A DNA stretch of 64,000 nt, taken from NCBI GenBank assembly GCA_005884685.1, contig VBAH01000017.1, positions 147,152 to 211,151 on the forward strand, given 5' to 3'. The notes under the pieces are model-generated. The model had not been told where the DNA came from. It did not search any database and worked only from the letters and a program-made list of their open reading frames with translations. Shown one piece after another: positions 57,158 through 64,000 of this stretch. Position 1 is the stretch's first letter; the number at the start of each line of letters is the position of its first letter. Source of the DNA: Alphaproteobacteria bacterium. Its GTDB lineage: Bacteria; Pseudomonadota; Alphaproteobacteria; Rhizobiales; Xanthobacteraceae. The translations under genes and the position numbers were made by a program.

Positions 57158-58987
57158 ATGTTCGAGGCGCGCTTTCAGACGTTCGATGATCCGACCGAGC
57201 GCGCCGCAAGCGCCGGGCGCCTGGCGGCCTTGCGCGCCGAACTGAGGCGGCGCGGGCTCGACGGCTTCATCGTGCCGCGCGCCGACCGGCATCAGAACGA
57301 ATACGTCCCGCCCTCCGAGGAACGGCTCGCCTGGCTCACCGGCTTCACCGGCTCGGCCGGAGCTGCCATCGTGCTCATTGATCGCGCGGCGGTCTTCGTC
57401 GACGGCCGTTACCAGTTGCAGGTGCGCGACCAGATCGACACCGCGCTGTTCGCGGTCGAGCATCTGGTCGAAAACCCGCCCGACAAATGGCTCGAGGCGA
57501 ACCTCACGGCGGGCGCGCGTCTCGGCTATGACCCGTGGCTGCACACGGCCGACGGCGCCGAGCGGCTCGGCAAGGCGGCGGCGGCGGCCGGCGCCACGCT
57601 GGTGCCGGTCGAGACCGATCCCGTCGATGCGGTATGGAGCGACCGGCCTGCCCCGGCGCTCGGACCCGTGGTGGTGCATGAATTGAAATTCGCCGGCGAA
57701 CCCGCGGCCGAGAAACTCGCGCGCATTCGGGTCGAGCTGGCCAAGCTGAAGGTCGACACGCTGGTTGTGTCCGATCCGCACAACGTCGCATGGACCTTCA
57801 ACATCCGCGGCTCGGACGTGGCGCACACGCCGCTGCCGCTTTCGTTTGCGGCGGTGCCGAGAGAAGGGCGCGCGGCGCTCTACATCGACGGGCGCAAGCT
57901 TTCCAACGAGGTGCGTGACTACCTCGAAACGCTGGCCGACGTGCGCGAGCCGGCGGTGTTTGCCGACAACCTGAAAGCGCTCGGCGCCGCCGGCGCAAAG
58001 GTGCGCCTCGACTCGGCGACGGCTGCGGATGCGCTCGCGCGCCTGATCGGCAACGCGGGCGGCACGGTCACGCGCGCGACCGATCCGATCACCGCGATGA
58101 AAGCGGTGAAGAACGCGGCGGAAATCGGCGGCGCGCACGCCGCGCAGCTGCGCGACGGCGCGGCAATCGCGAACTTCCTCGCCTGGTTCGATCGCGCCGC
58201 GCCGGGCGGCACGCTCACCGAGATCGACGCGGTCGCGGCGCTGGAGACGTTCCGCCGCAATACGGGCCTGCTGAAGGAATTGTCTTTCCCCACCATCTCG
58301 GGCAGCGGTCCGAACGGCGCGATCGTGCACTACCGGGTGACGCAAAAGACCAATCGCAAAATCTCGCCCGGTGACCTGTTCCTGGTGGACTCCGGCGCGC
58401 AATACCAGGACGGCACCACCGACATCACCCGCACCATCGCGGTCGGAACGCCCACGGCCGAAATGCGCGAGCGCTTCACGCGCGTGCTCAAGGGCCACAT
58501 CGCGATCGCGCGCGCGGTTTTCCCCGACGGCGCGACCGGGGCGCAACTCGACTCGTTTGCGCGGCAGTCGCTCTGGAGCGCCGGCATCGACTTCGATCAC
58601 GGCACCGGTCACGGCGTCGGCAGCTATCTCTCGGTGCACGAGGGTCCGGCGCGCATTTCCAGGCTCGGCACGGCGGCGCTCAAGCGCGGCATGATCGTGT
58701 CGAACGAGCCGGGCTATTACAAACCCGGGGCCTACGGCATCCGCATCGAGAATCTCGTGCTGGTGATCGAGGCAGAAATCGCGGGCGCCGAGAAGCCGAT
58801 GAATGCCTTCGAGACGCTCACCCTCGCGCCGATCGATGCCCGGCTGATCGAGCCTGCGCTGATGACGGCCGATGAGATCGCCTGGCTCGATAGCTATCAC
58901 GCCCGCGTCGCCGACAAGCTGACGCCCCTGGTCGAACCTGAGACGCGGGATTGGCTGCAGGCCGCCACCAGGCCGCTCCGTGCTTGA
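57158..58987 (+). CDS. pepP: Aminopeptidase P family (M24B Xaa-Pro aminopeptidase)
   Basis: 609 aa, ...DSGAQYQDGTTDITRT...HGTGHGVGSYLSVHEGP...SNEPGYY... Confidence 0.92.
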   Translation: MFEARFQTFDDPTERAASAGRLAALRAELRRRGLDGFIVPRADRHQNEYVPPSEERLAWLTGFTGSAGAAIVLIDRAAVFVDGRYQLQVRDQIDTALFAVEHLVENPPDKWLEANLTAGARLGYDPWLHTADGAERLGKAAAAAGATLVPVETDPVDAVWSDRPAPALGPVVVHELKFAGEPAAEKLARIRVELAKLKVDTLVVSDPHNVAWTFNIRGSDVAHTPLPLSFAAVPREGRAALYIDGRKLSNEVRDYLETLADVREPAVFADNLKALGAAGAKVRLDSATAADALARLIGNAGGTVTRATDPITAMKAVKNAAEIGGAHAAQLRDGAAIANFLAWFDRAAPGGTLTEIDAVAALETFRRNTGLLKELSFPTISGSGPNGAIVHYRVTQKTNRKISPGDLFLVDSGAQYQDGTTDITRTIAVGTPTAEMRERFTRVLKGHIAIARAVFPDGATGAQLDSFARQSLWSAGIDFDHGTGHGVGSYLSVHEGPARISRLGTAALKRGMIVSNEPGYYKPGAYGIRIENLVLVIEAEIAGAEKPMNAFETLTLAPIDARLIEPALMTADEIAWLDSYHARVADKLTPLVEPETRDWLQAATRPLRA

Positions 58988-60200
58988 TCCTGATCGATCT
59001 CAAGATCGGGAGGTGCGCACCGACGAAGGCCACCCCTGGCGGCTGCTCGCGCTGCTGATCGGGATGACGGCGGTCGGGCCGCTCTCGCTCAATATTCTCG
59101 CGCCGGCGATGCCCGGGCTGATCGTGACGTTTAACGCCGACGCCGGCGCGGTGCAGCTCACGCTCTCGCTGTTCCTGTTCGGCATGGCGGTGTCGCAGCT
59201 TGTGCTCGGTCCGCTGTCCGACCGCTTCGGCCGCCGCCCGGTGATGCTCGCGGGCCTCGCACTCACCGTCGTGGCGAATTTCGCAGCGCTCGCCGCCACC
59301 TCGATCACGGGTCTCATCGTGGCGCGCGCACTGCAGGCGTTCGGCGCGACCTGCGGCATCGTAATCGCGCGCGCGGTGATCCGCGACCTCTATGAGCGCG
59401 ACCGCGCCGCCTCGATGATCGGCTGGGTCACCATGGCGATGGTCGTCGCGCCCATGATCGCGCCGCTGATCGGCGGCATCCTCGACGCGAGCCATGGCTG
59501 GCAGGCGATCTTCGTGTTCGTCGGATTGTTCACGGCCGCGGTACTCGTCTGGACCGCGCTCGTGCTGCCCGAGACGCGCGCGGTCGCGACCAGCGAAGGC
59601 ATGGTCCGGTTCCTCGCCGATACCCGCGGCCTGCTCGCGGACCCGCAATTCATCGGTTACGCGCTGGTGTCGACCTTCAACTCGGCGATGTTCTTCACCT
59701 TCATCGGCGGCGCGCCGCATGTCGTCGTTGCCATCATGCATCGATCGCCGACCGCATATGGCGTCTGGTTCGTGATCCTCTCGCTCGTCTACATGGCGGG
59801 CAATTTCGCCGCCGGCCGCTGGTCGGCGAAATACGGCGTCGACGTCATGATCAGGGCCGGCGTCGCCGTCACGGTGCTTGGTGCGGCGGTCGGCGTCGTG
59901 TGGATGCTGCTCGATCCGTATGGCGGGCCGGCCGTCGTGTTCGCGCCGCAGATGATCATCGGGTTTGCCTCGGGCTTCATGTTGCCGAACGCCATCGCCG
60001 GCGCGGTCAGCGTGCGGCCGCAGGCGGCCGGCACCGCCGCGGGCATCACCGGCTTCCTGCAGATGGGCCTGGGGGCTGCGACCTCGCAGCTGATCGGGCA
60101 CCTGCTCGCGGGGTCTGCGACCGGTCTGCCGCTCGCGCTGATCGTGCTGGTGCTGTGCGCCTGCGGGCTTGCGGCGTTTTTCGTGCTGGTGCGGAGGTGA
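58980..60200 (+). CDS. Bcr/CflA-family MFS drug-resistance transporter
   Basis: 12-TM MFS with GPLSDRFGRRPV motif A. The start is uncertain (GTG 58980 or GTG 59010). Confidence 0.85.
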   Translation: MLDPDRSQDREVRTDEGHPWRLLALLIGMTAVGPLSLNILAPAMPGLIVTFNADAGAVQLTLSLFLFGMAVSQLVLGPLSDRFGRRPVMLAGLALTVVANFAALAATSITGLIVARALQAFGATCGIVIARAVIRDLYERDRAASMIGWVTMAMVVAPMIAPLIGGILDASHGWQAIFVFVGLFTAAVLVWTALVLPETRAVATSEGMVRFLADTRGLLADPQFIGYALVSTFNSAMFFTFIGGAPHVVVAIMHRSPTAYGVWFVILSLVYMAGNFAAGRWSAKYGVDVMIRAGVAVTVLGAAVGVVWMLLDPYGGPAVVFAPQMIIGFASGFMLPNAIAGAVSVRPQAAGTAAGITGFLQMGLGAATSQLIGHLLAGSATGLPLALIVLVLCACGLAAFFVLVRR

Positions 60201-60210
60201 CGTGCAACGC

Positions 60211-60380
60211 GTCATCCCGGGGCACGCCGAAGGCGTGAGCCCGGGATCCATAACCACGAAACAAGCGAGTCGGGCGTGATCGAGCCACAATGAACCGGCG
60301 GTGGTTATAGATTCCGGGCTCCTCGCCATAGCGCGTCGCAGACGCGCGTAAACGCGCTTATGGCTCGGCCCCGGAATGAC
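60211..60380. repeat. Inverted pair of the same family (F 60211-60257, long-variant R 60301-60380), 43-bp spacer
   Basis: Fills the gap between the convergent MFS and ligA genes. The R unit carries the same nested insert as 54804-54883, in the opposite orientation. Confidence 0.85.
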
Positions 60381-60384
60381 CAAC

Positions 60385-62559
<2,175 letters not shown>

Positions 62560-62844
62560 CTATCGAGTGATCTCATCGTAAAGGTCATCCCAATTCGGAT
62601 TGTCTTGCTCGATCAGGTTGACCTTCCATTCGCGCCGCCACTTCTTCAGTTCCTTCTCACGCTCTATCGCGGAGGCTGGATCATCGCAGCCTTCAAACCA
62701 GACGAGATGTACGACATTGTGCTGTGAGGTGAAGCCTTTGATCAGCTTGTTCTTGTGCTGGTAGACGCGACGAACGAGATCCCTGGTGACTCCGATATAG
62801 AGCGTTCCGTGCTTGCCGCTCGTGAGAATGTAGACCCAGTACAT
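62560..62844 (-). CDS. Small stand-alone GIY-YIG nuclease-domain protein (94 aa)
   Basis: MYWVYILTSGKHGTLYIGVTRDLVRRVYQHKN...REKELKKW: GIY..YIG, conserved Arg and Glu. The track ORF is extended through the upstream repeat; start trimmed to M at 62844. Confidence 0.85.
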   Translation of the reverse strand: MYWVYILTSGKHGTLYIGVTRDLVRRVYQHKNKLIKGFTSQHNVVHLVWFEGCDDPASAIEREKELKKWRREWKVNLIEQDNPNWDDLYDEITR

Positions 62845-62854
62845 CGTGAGACTT

Positions 62855-62901
62855 GTGGTTATGGATTCCGGGCCCGGCCCTTCGGGCCGTCCCGGAATGA
62901 C
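62855..62901. repeat. R-orientation hairpin unit flanking the 5' end of the GIY-YIG gene
   Basis: GTGGTTATGGATTCCGGGCCCGGCCCTTCGGGCCGTCCCGGAATGAC, 10 nt upstream of the GIY-YIG ATG. Confidence 0.9.
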
Positions 62902-62914
62902 GCCCACCATTTCC

Positions 62915-63053
62915 GTCATTCCGGGGCACGCGCGTAGCGCGTGAGCCCGGAATCCATAACCACGAATCCCTCGATTTTGAACCCACGGTGCGCCAAACTT
63001 GTCATTGTGGTTATGGATTCCGGGCTCCGGCCTTCGCTCGGCCCCGGAATGAC
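62915..63053. repeat. Inverted pair of the same family (F 62915-62963, R 63007-63053), 43-bp spacer
   Basis: Same architecture as the other pairs. Lies between the GIY-YIG element and the recN stop. Confidence 0.85.
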
Positions 63054-63061
63054 TGCTGAAT

Positions 63062-64000
63062 TCACCCCGCCTTCATCAGCCGCTCCGCCGCCTTGCGCGC
63101 CTCGTCGGTAATTTCGGCGCCGGCGAGCATGCGGGCGATCTCCTCGCGCCGCCGCTCGGACGCAAGCTCGCTCACGTTGGTGGCGACGCGTTTTCCCCGC
63201 GCCAGCGCATCCTTGGTGATCAAATAATGCCGGTCGGCGCGCGCCGCGACCTGGGGTGCATGCGTGACCGCCAGCACCTGCACCTTTTCGCCCAGCCGCG
63301 CGAGCCGCAGCCCGATGGCGTCCGCGACCGCGCCGCCCGCCCCGGTGTCGATCTCGTCGAAGACCAGCGTCGGCGCCGAACCGCGATCAGCGAGAACGAC
63401 CTTGAGCGCGAGCAGGAAGCGCGCCAGCTCCCCGCCGGACGCGACCTTCATCAGCGGTCCCGGCCGCGTGCCCGGATTGGTCTGCACCCAGAACGCAATG
63501 CGGTCGATCCCCTCAGGCCCGCCCTCGCCGGTTTCGATATCGGTCGAGAACCGCGCGCGCTCCAGCTTGAGCGGCTTCAACTCCGCCGTCACCGCCTTGT
63601 CGAGCCTGGCCGCGGCCTTCCTGCGCGCGTCGGACAGCGCATTCGCAGCCTTCGCGTAGGCTGCCAGAGCCTCGCGCGCCGCGACGTCGAGGCGCTTCAA
63701 TTCCTCCGCGCCGGCGTCCAACGCCGCCAGGTCGGCCGCGTACTGCGCGCTCAACGCCGCCAGATTGTCGACCGCAACGTTGAACTTGCGGCCGGCCGCA
63801 CGCAGCGCGAACAGCCGCTCCTCGATGCGATCAAGCTCGCGCGGATCGTGGTTCGCGGCGCGCAGCGCGGCTTCGAGATGACCGTCCGCGTCCTGCAGCG
63901 CCGCCACGGCTGCATCGAGCGCCTTCACGGCGGGTTCGATCAGCGCCGGCGCCTGTTCGCGCCGCCGCTCCAGCCGCCGCAGCGCGGTTGCGAGCGAGGA
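63062..64000 (-). CDS. recN: DNA repair protein RecN, C-terminal part (partial; continues beyond window)
   Basis: ...ASGGELARFLLALKVVLA...LVFDEIDTGAGGAVA...VLAVTHAPQVAA... The frame stays open to the window edge. Confidence 0.93.
   Translation of the reverse strand, partial: SSLATALRRLERRREQAPALIEPAVKALDAAVAALQDADGHLEAALRAANHDPRELDRIEERLFALRAAGRKFNVAVDNLAALSAQYAADLAALDAGAEELKRLDVAAREALAAYAKAANALSDARRKAAARLDKAVTAELKPLKLERARFSTDIETGEGGPEGIDRIAFWVQTNPGTRPGPLMKVASGGELARFLLALKVVLADRGSAPTLVFDEIDTGAGGAVADAIGLRLARLGEKVQVLAVTHAPQVAARADRHYLITKDALARGKRVATNVSELASERRREEIARMLAGAEITDEARKAAERLMKAG

Overview
High-GC alphaproteobacterial chromosome, Bradyrhizobiaceae/Nitrobacteraceae-like. This is supported by the tmRNA tag ANDNYAPVAQAA, a permuted two-piece ssrA, and typical 'VIPGRREAPSPESI' and 'GRAKRSVP' hairpin repeats. 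Most of the window is core housekeeping: ilvIH with a leader-peptide attenuator, ilvC, miaA, serB, degP/htrA, hflKC, folA, fumC, uvrD, cspA, prmA, pepP, ligA and partial recN. It also holds a TctABC transporter with an aromatic ring-cleavage operon, ppk2, sulP, an asmA-family gene, and ssrA next to sspB. All product calls come from motifs I recognise in the supplied translations; no searches were run. Many long ORFs in the track are antisense or N-terminally over-extended artefacts of high GC, so I trimmed starts where a conserved N-terminus and RBS were visible.

Accessory or unusual content, most interesting first:
1. A hairpin-repeat family (GTCATTCCGGGG...CCCGGAATCCATAACCAC) forms six inverted pairs. 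One pair encloses a small GIY-YIG nuclease gene between recN and ligA. This is a candidate autonomous/non-autonomous mobile family.
2. A roughly 430-540 nt ORF-free, promoter-preceded, hairpin-dense region lies just upstream of ssrA. It has a 17-bp long-range helix and paired hairpins with identical loops, and is a candidate structured ncRNA.
3. Two orphan ParA-like ATPase paralogs sit 5 kb apart. One is preceded by a perfect CtrA box and the other by a GANTC cluster.
4. A DUF433/DUF5615 toxin-antitoxin-like cassette is wedged between miaA and serB.
5. A low-GC orphan gene lies inside the ilv cluster.
6. Smaller items include a frameshifted DUF29 gene, a MITE-like element, and CDS 3' ends that run into repeats.

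No rRNA, tRNA, CRISPR array or prophage was seen.
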